From the NCBI GenBank assembly GCA_963829525.1, contig CAWHIJ010000003.1:1632001-1696000 (forward strand): a stretch of DNA of 64,000 nt, read 5' to 3'. A program made the translations under genes and the position numbers. This DNA is from an uncultured Actinomycetota bacterium (GTDB taxonomy: Bacteria; Actinomycetota; Actinomycetes; JAHEKZ01). Below, one piece after another: positions 1 through 8,578 of this stretch (the stretch's first letter is position 1; every line of letters begins with the position of its first letter). The notes under the pieces were generated by a model. The model saw only the letters and a program-made list of their open reading frames with translations, had not been told where the DNA came from and made no database searches.

Positions 1-51
1 GCTGGAATCACCTATCTCGTCGGTACGTGGGTCGGCGCCGGAATCGGGTAG
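1..51 (+). CDS. 3' end of a membrane protein, possibly VIT1/CCC1 transporter family (partial)
   Basis: Frame +1 reads AGITYLVGTWVGAGIG-stop (TAG 49-51), a hydrophobic C-terminus resembling actinobacterial VIT1/CCC1 proteins. Only 16 codons are visible. Confidence 0.4.
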   Translation, partial: AGITYLVGTWVGAGIG

Positions 52-1344
52 CGAGGGTTTTGACCCCGGATAGCTCAGGCGGTCCCGCTCGGGGGGAACG
101 AGGCACCATCGTCGTCCGATGAGACTGAACTCCCATCCGCCATCGTGAACTTTGCGATGGTGGGTGCGACAGAGCAGCACCAGGTTGTCGAGAGCCGTGC
201 GGCCGCCTTCTGCCCAGTGCACCACATGGTGGGCTTCGGTCCAGGCCGATGGTCGGTCGCAGCCCTCAGCGACACATCCGCGATCGCGCACGATCAAAGC
301 TTGCCGGAGGTGTCCGGGCACCGTCCGGGTCGATCGCCCTACGTCGAGTGGCTGCGAGGAAGGGTCGAGGACCACCCGGGTTACCTCGGCGTCGCAGGCG
401 AGTCGGCGCACCGCCTCGTCGGTGACCGGTCCGGTCCAGGCCATCTCCGCGACCTCAACAGGCCCCGAGCTCTCGCCGCCGCGGCCGGTAATGGCCACGA
501 GCGGCGTCGTAACGAGCAGATGAGGCCGCACTCCACCTGAGGCCCTCGGTTGACCTGTGTCGAGGGCATAGCCGCACAGGTCGACCAAGGCATCGGCGCG
601 GCGCTGCCCTGCGCTACGAAGGTCATCTGGTCCGTGGGGGGAAGCCGAAGACGCGAGAGCCGTCAGCAGCACTGCCCCGGCTTCTGCGTCGAGCAGACCA
701 TCGATGCTCACCATTCCGTCCAGCGTTGTCGAAGTGGAGAGCCACCGTCGCTCATGAGCCCGATTGGCATCGGTCAGCGCCCCGTCAGGGTCGACCACCT
801 GCCGAACTCTGGTGGCAAATCCGGTGAGAGACCCGGCATCGACGGCACGACCGACCTCAAGCATGACCTTCTCGACCTCCGCAACAGCGGCGCCTTCCTC
901 AGCGGGTCCTACGCGGTCGCGCACCAGACGGACGGTCCGAGCGATGGTGCGGGCGTGCTGCACGGTGATCTCGCCGTTTCCGAGCGCCGTCTCGGTAGCG
1001 GCTAGAGATGAGTGCAGCTCGCGAGACGTTCGCACCAGGTCGGAAGCATGGCCAGAGGGCAGTCCCGTGTGATGGCGCAGCCAAGACGCAGTACTACTGC
1101 CTGACTCCAGCGCTGCCACCCCGTTCGCGTCGACGCGAGCCAGCCGGGTCAAGGCCATTGCCTGCAGTCGGTTGACGGCGGCGAAGAGAGTGATCACCTC
1201 GTCGGCCAGCATTCGGACCGGAGCGGTTTCGGTCTCGAGGGCGAAGGTGGCATCGACTGCTTCGGTGAGAGCGGTCAACCGCGGTGTGCTCGGCGTCGAA
1301 CGGGGACGGAGGCCCTGGGGGCCGACTGGTAGGCGCTGGTGCAT
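1..1344 (-). CDS. DUF222-domain / HNH endonuclease (13E12/REP13E12-type)
   Basis: Absent from the ORF track because the frame has no stop before base 1. Hand translation from ATG 1344 (alternative GTG 1401) gives ...VDPDGA...LDGMVSIDGLLD...DLRSAGQRRADALV...RLACDA...PLDVGRSTRTVPGHLRQALIVRDRGCVAEGCDRPSAWTEAHHVVHWAEGGRTALDNLVLLCRTHHRKVHDGGW. Removing one G from the G6 run at 91-96 would end it at TGA 77-75 (VPPSGTA*). Confidence 0.9.
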   Translation of the reverse strand, partial: MHQRLPVGPQGLRPRSTPSTPRLTALTEAVDATFALETETAPVRMLADEVITLFAAVNRLQAMALTRLARVDANGVAALESGSSTASWLRHHTGLPSGHASDLVRTSRELHSSLAATETALGNGEITVQHARTIARTVRLVRDRVGPAEEGAAVAEVEKVMLEVGRAVDAGSLTGFATRVRQVVDPDGALTDANRAHERRWLSTSTTLDGMVSIDGLLDAEAGAVLLTALASSASPHGPDDLRSAGQRRADALVDLCGYALDTGQPRASGGVRPHLLVTTPLVAITGRGGESSGPVEVAEMAWTGPVTDEAVRRLACDAEVTRVVLDPSSQPLDVGRSTRTVPGHLRQALIVRDRGCVAEGCDRPSAWTEAHHVVHWAEGGRTALDNLVLLCRTHHRKVHDGGWEFSLIGRRWCLVPPERDRLSYPGSKPSLPDSGADPRTDEIGDSS

Positions 1345-1504
1345 CAGGTGCTCCCGAGAGAAGTGGTGTCCGCGAGCCAGGCGCTCGGGGAGTGCGCTCA
1401 CCGTGTCTCGACATCTCTCGCGGGGTGGCGCCAATGCAGTGTCTCTCCGGGAGATTTTTGGTCGGGGAGATCGTCAGCAAGTGCGCACCTCTTCATCGAG
1501 GGTA

Positions 1505-1520
1505 TCGAACAAATGTTCGA
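1505..1520. promoter_or_regulatory. LexA SOS box
   Basis: TCGAAC-AAAT-GTTCGA is an exact match to the actinobacterial LexA consensus TCGAAC-N4-GTTCGA. A -10-like CATTCT lies on the minus strand at 1532-1527, so the box would overlap the start of the HNH transcript. Confidence 0.85.
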
Positions 1521-1590
1521 ATGACAAGAATGGCGCTGGTGAGCGTCTGTCGCGTCAAACGTGCCCCAGGTGCTCGGTAGGGTCGTGCCC

Positions 1591-3069
1591 ATGCGCCGTG
1601 CCAAGATCATCGCCACTCTCGGACCGGCCTCCAGCACGCTGGGCACGGTGACGGCCTTGGTCGAGGCCGGCCTCGATGTGGCCAGGATCAATCTCAGCCA
1701 CGGCACCCACGCAGACCATGCTCGTTCGTTAGCGCTGGTTCGGCAGGCGTCTTCGGCCTGTGGACGCGCGGTCGGCGTCTTGGCTGACTTGCAGGGCCCC
1801 AAGATCCGGCTGGGCCGGTTCGCGAGCGGCTCGGTGCTTCTGCGTCCTGGCGCCCGCTTCGTGATCACCGCTGAGGAAGTTCCCGGGGACCAGGAGGTCG
1901 TCTCGACGACGCACCTTGGTCTGGCCAACGACGTGACGGTCGGTGACCCGATCCTCGTCGATGACGGTCGCGTTCTCTTGCGTGTCGAGGAGGTCAGCGG
2001 GGTGGCCGTCGCCACTCGGGTGGTTGAGGGCGGGACGCTGTCGGACTCGAAGGGCATCAATCTCCCTGGGGCCATGGTGAGTGTTCCGGCTGTGTCGGAC
2101 AAGGACATCGATGACCTCCGCTGGGCCTTGACCAACGGAGTCGATCTCGTGGCGCTCTCCTTCGTGCGGACCGCGGGCGATGTTGATCCCGTGCACGCCG
2201 TCATGGACGACGAGGGCATCCATCGTCCCGTCATCGCCAAGATCGAGAAGCCACAGGCGGTGACGCATCTTCCGGAGATCCTCGACACCTTCGACGGCAT
2301 CATGGTCGCCCGCGGAGATCTCGGGGTCGAGCTGCCGTTGGAGCAGGTGCCGCTGGTGCAGAAGCGGGCGGTCAGCCTGGCACGGGAAAAGGGAAAGCCG
2401 GTGATCGTGGCCACGCAGATGCTGGAGTCGATGATCAGCGCGTCCCGGCCCACTCGCGCGGAAGCCTCAGACGTCGCAAACGCGATTCTCGATGGGGCTG
2501 ACGCCGTCATGCTCTCTGGTGAGACGAGCATCGGAAGGTTTCCGGTCGAGTCGGTCCTCACGATGGGGCGAATCATCGAGTCGATCGAAGACACCGCGCT
2601 CGACCGGATCCCGAGGATTGAGGGCCTACCCACGAACAAGGGTGACGCGATCTGTCGTGCGGCCGTCCACGTCGCCAACCAGCTGAGTGCGAAGTTCCTC
2701 GTTGCCTTCACCGAGACCGGCCGCACGCCGACGGTCCTCGCTCGGTACCGGTCGTCGGTGCCCTTGCTCGCGTTTACCCCCGATCCTCAGGTGCGCAGCC
2801 AGCTCTCGCTGACCTGGGGGGTGGAGAGCTTCCTCGTCGATCCGGTGACGCATACCGACCACATGGTCCGTCAGGTCGAGGCCAAGCTGCTCGAACTCAA
2901 TCGATGCATCGTCGGCGACCTCATTACGATCGTCGCCGGGAGTCCCCCCGGAATCCCAGGTTCGACCAATGCCATGCGAGTGCACCGCATCGGTGACGCC
3001 GCTGGCGGAGCAGCACCTGCCTACGCCGAGGCGCTCGACGATGACGACGCGATCGGTTACCCCCGCTGA
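1591..3069 (+). CDS. pyk: Pyruvate kinase
   Basis: MRRAKIIATLGP, DLQGPKIR, IAKIEKPQAV, GIMVARGDLGVE, ATQMLESM, PTRAEASDVANAILDGADAVMLSGET. Confidence 0.97.
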   Translation: MRRAKIIATLGPASSTLGTVTALVEAGLDVARINLSHGTHADHARSLALVRQASSACGRAVGVLADLQGPKIRLGRFASGSVLLRPGARFVITAEEVPGDQEVVSTTHLGLANDVTVGDPILVDDGRVLLRVEEVSGVAVATRVVEGGTLSDSKGINLPGAMVSVPAVSDKDIDDLRWALTNGVDLVALSFVRTAGDVDPVHAVMDDEGIHRPVIAKIEKPQAVTHLPEILDTFDGIMVARGDLGVELPLEQVPLVQKRAVSLAREKGKPVIVATQMLESMISASRPTRAEASDVANAILDGADAVMLSGETSIGRFPVESVLTMGRIIESIEDTALDRIPRIEGLPTNKGDAICRAAVHVANQLSAKFLVAFTETGRTPTVLARYRSSVPLLAFTPDPQVRSQLSLTWGVESFLVDPVTHTDHMVRQVEAKLLELNRCIVGDLITIVAGSPPGIPGSTNAMRVHRIGDAAGGAAPAYAEALDDDDAIGYPR

Positions 3070-3080
3070 GCTAGCGGCGG

Positions 3081-3572
3081 CTAGTCCAACGGCAGGGCTC
3101 GACGGGCTTCCGGGTTCAACACGCCCCAGGTGATCAGCTGCTCAGTGAGCGCGCCGGGGGACTGGTCGTAGATGACGGCAAGGGTGCGAAGGTCTTCTTG
3201 TCGAATCGACAGGATGCGCCCGTTGTAGTCGCCGCGCTGGCTCTGGATGGTCTGTGCATATCGAGCGAGGGGCCCAGCTTTCTCAGCCGGAACCTGGTTG
3301 AGCTGCTCGAGGTCGATCACCAGACGCGGAGGCGGCTCCGTCGCTGCTGCCGGACTGCTGTCTGGCAGCAGCTCGCTGACGGGCACTCCGTAGAAATCGG
3401 CGAGCTCAGCCAGCTTCTGCACGGTGACGGCTCGGTCGCCCCGCTCGTAAGAGCCAACGACAACCGCTTTCCACCGCTCGTTCGACTTCTCCTCCACCCC
3501 ATGGAGCGAGAGTCCTTGTTGGGTACGGATCGCTCGGAGTCGTGCTCCGAGCGCCTTTGCGTAGTCGGTCAC
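3081..3572 (-). CDS. bldD: BldD-family XRE transcriptional regulator (c-di-GMP effector)
   Basis: DYAKALGARLRAIRTQQGLSLHGVEEKS..WKAVVVGSYERGDRAVTVQKLAELADFYGVPV; the C-terminal RGD-x8-RQED c-di-GMP motif is intact; divergent from pyrR as is typical. Confidence 0.95.
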   Translation of the reverse strand: MTDYAKALGARLRAIRTQQGLSLHGVEEKSNERWKAVVVGSYERGDRAVTVQKLAELADFYGVPVSELLPDSSPAAATEPPPRLVIDLEQLNQVPAEKAGPLARYAQTIQSQRGDYNGRILSIRQEDLRTLAVIYDQSPGALTEQLITWGVLNPEARRALPLD

Positions 3573-3705
3573 TGCGCACCTTTCGTCTAGGCCCGACCGA
3601 GGTCGGGCGTCCCCCCGGGTACCTGGATCGAGGTAAGGCGGTAAGGCCTTAGGTCTCGAACTCCGGTCACCCCTGCTGTGCGTATGGCCTCCTGCGCCCC
3701 GAACG

Positions 3706-3749
3706 CGTGGTGGTCACGCTGAGTAGCGTTACTCAGCGTGACCACCACG
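3706..3749. promoter_or_regulatory. Tandem BldD operator (perfect 20-bp inverted repeat) upstream of bldD
   Basis: CGTGGTGGTCACGCTGAGTA-gcgt-TACTCAGCGTGACCACCACG contains GTCACGCTGAGTAGC (1 mismatch) and GTTACTCAGCGTGAC (exact match) to the BldD box NTNACNCWGNGTNAN. Confidence 0.8.
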
Positions 3750-3960
3750 TCAAGGGAAACGCGGCAATCTGTCCCGAATCGGCCTCAGATTCGCCCGAAT
3801 GGCCATTCAGGATGTGTTGCTCAGCGTGGCCCTGTCGACCGTACTGCGACGGTGCCAAAGGAGTGACGGCCACCGCAACCAGGAGGCCGACCACGCTCGG
3901 TAGTCGGGGTACGGGCCTACGGCCTGCCGGCTCGCTTCGCTAGGGTGAAGGAGTTCGACA

Positions 3961-3996
3961 TCCTTTAAGTCCGTCCAGTGAGGCGGGAAAGGAGGT
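3961..3996 (+). promoter_or_regulatory. PyrR-binding RNA element overlapping the pyrR ribosome-binding site
   Basis: UCCUUUAA-GUCCGUCCAGUGAGGCGGG-AAAGGA carries the PyrR binding-loop signature (CCUUUAA...GUCCAGUGAGGC...AAAGG). Its 3' strand is the SD AAGGAGG. -10 TAGGGT at 3941-3946. Confidence 0.85.
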
Positions 3997-4001
3997 TCGC
4001 C

Positions 4002-4595
4002 ATGGCTCGGTCAGACTCAGCGGCCGAGGACCGCGAGGTCCTCGACGCAGAAGATGTCCAGCGTGCGCTGACCCGTATCGCCCACGAAGTGCTCGAGCGC
4101 AACAAAGGCGCCCAGTCGGTGGTTCTTCTCGGCATCCCCACTCGTGGTGTGCCGTTGGCCGAACGGTTGGCTGAGCGGATCAGTGAGGTCGAGGGCAGCC
4201 AGGTCCCCTTCGGGTCGCTCGACATCACAATGTTTCGAGACGACCTGCGTCTGCGCCCCGCGCGCGGTCTCGGGCGCACTGAACTCCCTGCCGGTGGAAT
4301 CGACGACGCCGTCGTCGTCCTAGTCGACGATGTGTTGTTCTCGGGCCGCTCGATCCGTGCGGCGCTCGACGCCCTGGGCGAGCTGGGCCGTCCCCGATGC
4401 GTGCAGTTGGCTGTGCTCGTCGATCGCGGCCACCGGCAGTTCCCGATCCGCGCGGACTACGTCGGGAAGAACCTGCCGACATCCACTCGCGAGACGGTGC
4501 GCGTCCTTGTTGCAGAGGTCGATGGCCAAGACGCGGTCCTCATCGGAGGCTCTGAACCTCGCTCCATCGAAACTGATGGCGAGACCTCGTCATGA
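4002..4595 (+). CDS. pyrR: Pyrimidine regulatory protein / uracil phosphoribosyltransferase
   Basis: [59 protein letters not shown]. Confidence 0.97.
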   Translation: MARSDSAAEDREVLDAEDVQRALTRIAHEVLERNKGAQSVVLLGIPTRGVPLAERLAERISEVEGSQVPFGSLDITMFRDDLRLRPARGLGRTELPAGGIDDAVVVLVDDVLFSGRSIRAALDALGELGRPRCVQLAVLVDRGHRQFPIRADYVGKNLPTSTRETVRVLVAEVDGQDAVLIGGSEPRSIETDGETSS

Positions 4596-5535
4596 CCAGG
4601 CACCTACTCTCCGCTGCTGACCTCTCTTTCGGTGATGCAACGCTGATCCTGGACACCGCAGACGAGCTCGCGCGGCTGTCCGACCGACCCGTCAAGAAGC
4701 TCCCGACCCTGCGGGGTCGAACAGTCGTCAACCTCTTCTTCGAGGACTCCACCCGAACCAGGATTTCCTTCGAGGCGGCTGCCAAGCGGCTTTCGGCAGA
4801 CGTCATCAACTTCAGCGCCAAAGGCTCGAGCGTCTCCAAAGGTGAGAGCCTGAAGGACACCGCGCTGACGCTGGAGGCAATGGGTGCCGACGCCGTGGTC
4901 ATTCGACACGGAGCCAGTGGTGCCCCTCATACCCTGGCCCACTCAGGCTGGATCGGTGGGTCGATCGTCAACGCCGGTGACGGTACCCACGAGCACCCGA
5001 CCCAAGCTCTTCTGGACGCCTTCACGATGCGCAAGCACCTCACGACGCTCGAGGGGCGGAAGGTGGTGGTGGTCGGCGACGTCCTGCACAGTCGAGTGGC
5101 TCGCTCCAACGTCCTCCTCCTGGCCACCCTCGGAGCCGACGTCACCCTCGTAGCGCCGCCGACCCTGCTGCCCGGTAGGGATCGACTCCTGGCCTTGCGC
5201 TTACTCGTACGACCTCGATAGCCAGCCTCGCCGGCGCCGACGCGGTGATGATGTTGCGCGTCCAGCAGGAGCGAATGAACGCCGCGTTCTTCCCGAGTGT
5301 GCGCGAGTACTCCCGGCGCTACGGGCTCGATGGTGACCGGATGGCGCGGCTTCCCGATCACTCGATCGTCATGCACCCGGGCCCGATGAACCGTGGTCTG
5401 GAGATCACCGCGGAGGTCGCCGACTCCGAGCGGGCCGTCATCGTCGAACAGGTAACGAACGGAGTCAGTGTGCGCATGGCGGTGCTCTATCTGTTGCTCG
5501 GTGGCAGCGACTCAGCGCTGGGCGGTGCCGAATGA
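4592..5535 (+). CDS. pyrB: Aspartate carbamoyltransferase catalytic subunit (frameshifted in this sequence)
   Basis: [45 protein letters not shown]; the C-terminal part MLRVQQER...MHPGPMNRG is in another frame. Two single-base insertions (~5172 and ~5220) explain the shifts. Confidence 0.93.
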
Positions 5536-6849
5536 GCGCGAGCGCGCCAGCACGGCGCTACCTGATCAAGGGTGCCAGCATTCTTGGTGGTGAGAGCCAG
5601 GACCTGCTGCTCGCCGACGGTCGTCATCGCTGCCGTCGGCGCTGACGCCGGCGATGGGCGCTGACGGCGGCACCGAGATCATGGACGCCTTCGGGCTGGT
5701 GGCGCTGCCTGGCTTGGTCGACCTCCACACGCATTGCGCGAACCCGGGCGAGAGGACGCTGAGACCGTAGCGTCCGGCTCTGCCGCTGCTGCCGTCGGCG
5801 GGTTCACCGCCGTGCATGCGATGGCCAATACCGACCCCGTGGCGGACACCGCTGGGGTTGTCGAGCAGGTCTGGCACCTCGGTCGACGTGCTGGGCTCTG
5901 CGATGTCCACCCGGTGGGGGCGGTCACTGTCGGCCTGGGTGGAAGCGAGCTCGCCGAACTCGGTGCAATGGCTGAGTCCGCTGCCCGAGTGCGGATCTTC
6001 TCCGACGACGGCAAGTGCGTCTCAGATGCAGTGCTCATGAGACGAGCACTGGAGTACGTCAAAGCTTTCGACGGTGTGGTAGCCCAGCATGCGCAGGAGC
6101 CTCGGTTGACCGAAGGCGCGCAGATGAACGAAGGCACGGTATCGGGAGTTCTCGGGTTGCGCGGCTGGCCGGCTGTAGCCGAGGAGTCGATCATTGCGCG
6201 AGATGTGTTGTTGACCGGCCACGTCGGCTCACGGCTGCATGTCTGTCACGTCTCGACCGCCGGGTCTGTCGAGATTCTCCGGTGGGCTAAGGGCAAAGGA
6301 ATCGACGTAACTGCGGAGGTCACCCCTCACCACCTTTTCTTGACCGACGAGATGGTCCGCAGCTACGACCCGCGTTACAAGGTCAACCCGCCATTGCGGA
6401 CGCAGGACGACGTGGACGCAGTTCGTCAAGGGTTGGCCGATGGAACGATCGACGCGGTTGCCACCGACCACGCACCTCACAGCCTGGAGGACAAGGACTG
6501 CGAGTGGGCAGCGGCGGCAATGGGCATGGTCGGCCTGGAGACGGCTGTTGGCGTAGTGGCGAGCGCCATGGTCGAGACCGGCCTGCTCGACTGGGCGGGG
6601 GTGGCCGACCGAATGTCGTTTCGGCCCGCGCAGATCGGAAGGCTCAAGGGGCAGGGGCGCCCGATCGCAGCAGGCGAGCCGGCCAACCTTGTCCTCATCG
6701 ACTCGGCGACGAGATACACGGTGGATCCGACCACGATGCTCTCGCGCAGCCGCAACACGCCATACGCCGGCGCCGAACTGGCTGCGCGTCCAGTCGCGAC
6801 CTTCCTGCGCGGCCGGCTCACTGCTCGCGAAGGTGAGGTGGAGGCGTGA
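5532..6849 (+). CDS. pyrC: Dihydroorotase (N-terminus frameshifted in this sequence)
   Basis: ATG 5532 overlaps the pyrB stop; [14 protein letters not shown] split by indels at ~5620-5735; later [30 protein letters not shown]. Confidence 0.92.
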
Positions 6850-7466
6850 CACGGGTCTGCCTCGTTCTCGCATCGGCGCAGGTCACCGACTGGCCCGAGC
6901 GCATCGGCCTCACCTTGGGTGTCGTTGCATTGATTGGCGCGGTGCTGGGCCTCATGCGGTGGGGTTGGGTGCGGCGGGGGAGACGCCAGATCGACATCGG
7001 TCCATTGCCTGAAGCTCCACAGGTCCCGGGCGCCTCAGCGGGGGAAACAGCCGGTTCAGCCGTCGAGGTGACGGCGTTACGGCCCGCTACCTGGGGGCGA
7101 CCCGCTCGGGCGACTGGCTCGACCGGATCGTCGTGCACGGGCTGGGGGTCCCTAGCGCCGCTGAGGTCACGGTGAGGAATCAGGGGGTGTGGATCATCCG
7201 TGCGGGCGCTCCCGACATCTTTGCGGCTGCCCCGAGATATCGTCGGCGTCCGTCACGATCGCGGGATCGCCGGGCGTGTGTTGGAGACTGATGGTGTCTT
7301 GGTCATCAGCTGGCGCCATGGGGAGCAAGTCATTGATCTTGGCCTCCGCGTGCGCGATGCCCGTACGGCAGAGGCAGTGCGCGCCGCGGTCGACGGCATC
7401 GCCACCGACCAGTCACCGCCCATCGATCCAGCCCTTTCGACCACCACGTCCGGAGACCCTGCGTGA
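6846..7466 (+). CDS. Conserved membrane-anchored protein of actinobacterial pyr operons (Rv1382-like), frameshifted
   Basis: N-terminal TM helix plus WxRRGRRQ; after a shift at ~7070 ARYLGATRSGDWLDRIVVHGLG; after a second shift at ~7235 GIAGRVLETDGVLVISWRHG; sits between pyrC and carA. Confidence 0.75.
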
Positions 7467-8578
7467 CTGCAACCCTGCCAGCACTGCTCGTCCTCGAAGA
7501 TGGCCGCGTGTTTCGCGGCGAGTCCTTCGGCGCAACGGGTGAAACCTTCGGCGAAGCTGTCTTCTGCACGGCGATGACTGGCTACCAAGAGACGCTCACC
7601 GACCCGTCCTACCACCACCAGGTGGTGATCCAGACCGCTCCACAGATCGGCAACACCGGCGTCAACGGTGAGGACGACGAGTCGACGGCGATGTGGGTCA
7701 GTGGCTACGTCGTGCGTGACCCCACTCGTGTCCGGTCGAGCTGGCGCTCGACCGGTTCGTTGAATGAACGTCTGGCGGCACAAGACATCGTTGGGATTTC
7801 GGGCATCGACACTCGTGCCCTCACCCGCCACCTCCGCGAACAGGGAGCCATGCGGGTGGGGATCTCCACCGAGACCGATGATCCAGAGCTGCTGCTTGCG
7901 CGGGTGCGGCAGAGCCCGAACATGGCAGGAGCGGACCTGACGGCAGCGGTCAGCACGTCGGAGGCTTACCTCGTCCCCGCTGTCGGTGAACGGCGTCGCA
8001 CCGTGGCAGCAATCGACCTCGGAATAAAGGCCATGACCCCGAAGCTGATGGCAGAGCGCGGGATCGAGGTCCACGTGCTCCCCGCGTCCAGCTCCATCGA
8101 TGACGTGCTAGCCGTCGGGGTCGATGGTGTCTTCTTCAGCAACGGTCCTGGTGACCCTTCCACCGCAGACGGACCGGTTGCCTTGATGCAGCAGCTGCTG
8201 GAGCGAGCGATCCCAGTGTTCGGAATCTGTTTCGGTCACCAGATCCTTGGCAGGGCCGTTGGTTTCGGCACCTACAAGCTGAAGTACGGGCACCGCGGCG
8301 TCAACCAACCGGTGCAGGACCGAAAAACAGGTCGTGTCGAGATCAGTGCTCACAACCACGGCTTCGCGGTAGCTGCTCCTCTGGACGGGCCAACAGCAAC
8401 TCCTTTCGGTCGCGCTGAGGTGAGCCACGTGTGTCTCAACGACAACGTCGTGGAGGGACTGCGCCTGTTGGACGTTCCGGCATTCAGCGTCCAGTACCAC
8501 CCGGAGGCCGCGGCCGGACCTCATGACTCGGCATACCTGTTCGATCGGTTCGTCACGATGATGCAGGGAGATCGCTGA
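7463..8578 (+). CDS. carA: Carbamoyl-phosphate synthase small subunit
   Basis: [57 protein letters not shown]. Confidence 0.98.
   Translation: MTATLPALLVLEDGRVFRGESFGATGETFGEAVFCTAMTGYQETLTDPSYHHQVVIQTAPQIGNTGVNGEDDESTAMWVSGYVVRDPTRVRSSWRSTGSLNERLAAQDIVGISGIDTRALTRHLREQGAMRVGISTETDDPELLLARVRQSPNMAGADLTAAVSTSEAYLVPAVGERRRTVAAIDLGIKAMTPKLMAERGIEVHVLPASSSIDDVLAVGVDGVFFSNGPGDPSTADGPVALMQQLLERAIPVFGICFGHQILGRAVGFGTYKLKYGHRGVNQPVQDRKTGRVEISAHNHGFAVAAPLDGPTATPFGRAEVSHVCLNDNVVEGLRLLDVPAFSVQYHPEAAAGPHDSAYLFDRFVTMMQGDR

Noticed and set aside
145-1651. Plus-strand ORFs at 145-1651 and other long antisense ORFs (1398-2726, 10195-11301, 23753-24757, 60151-61353)
   Set aside because: They are antisense shadows of real genes, expected from high-GC codon bias, with no recognisable motifs.
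5165-5225. Programmed ribosomal frameshifting in pyrB
   Set aside because: Two separate shifts would be needed, there is no slippery heptamer, and neighbouring genes have similar indels.
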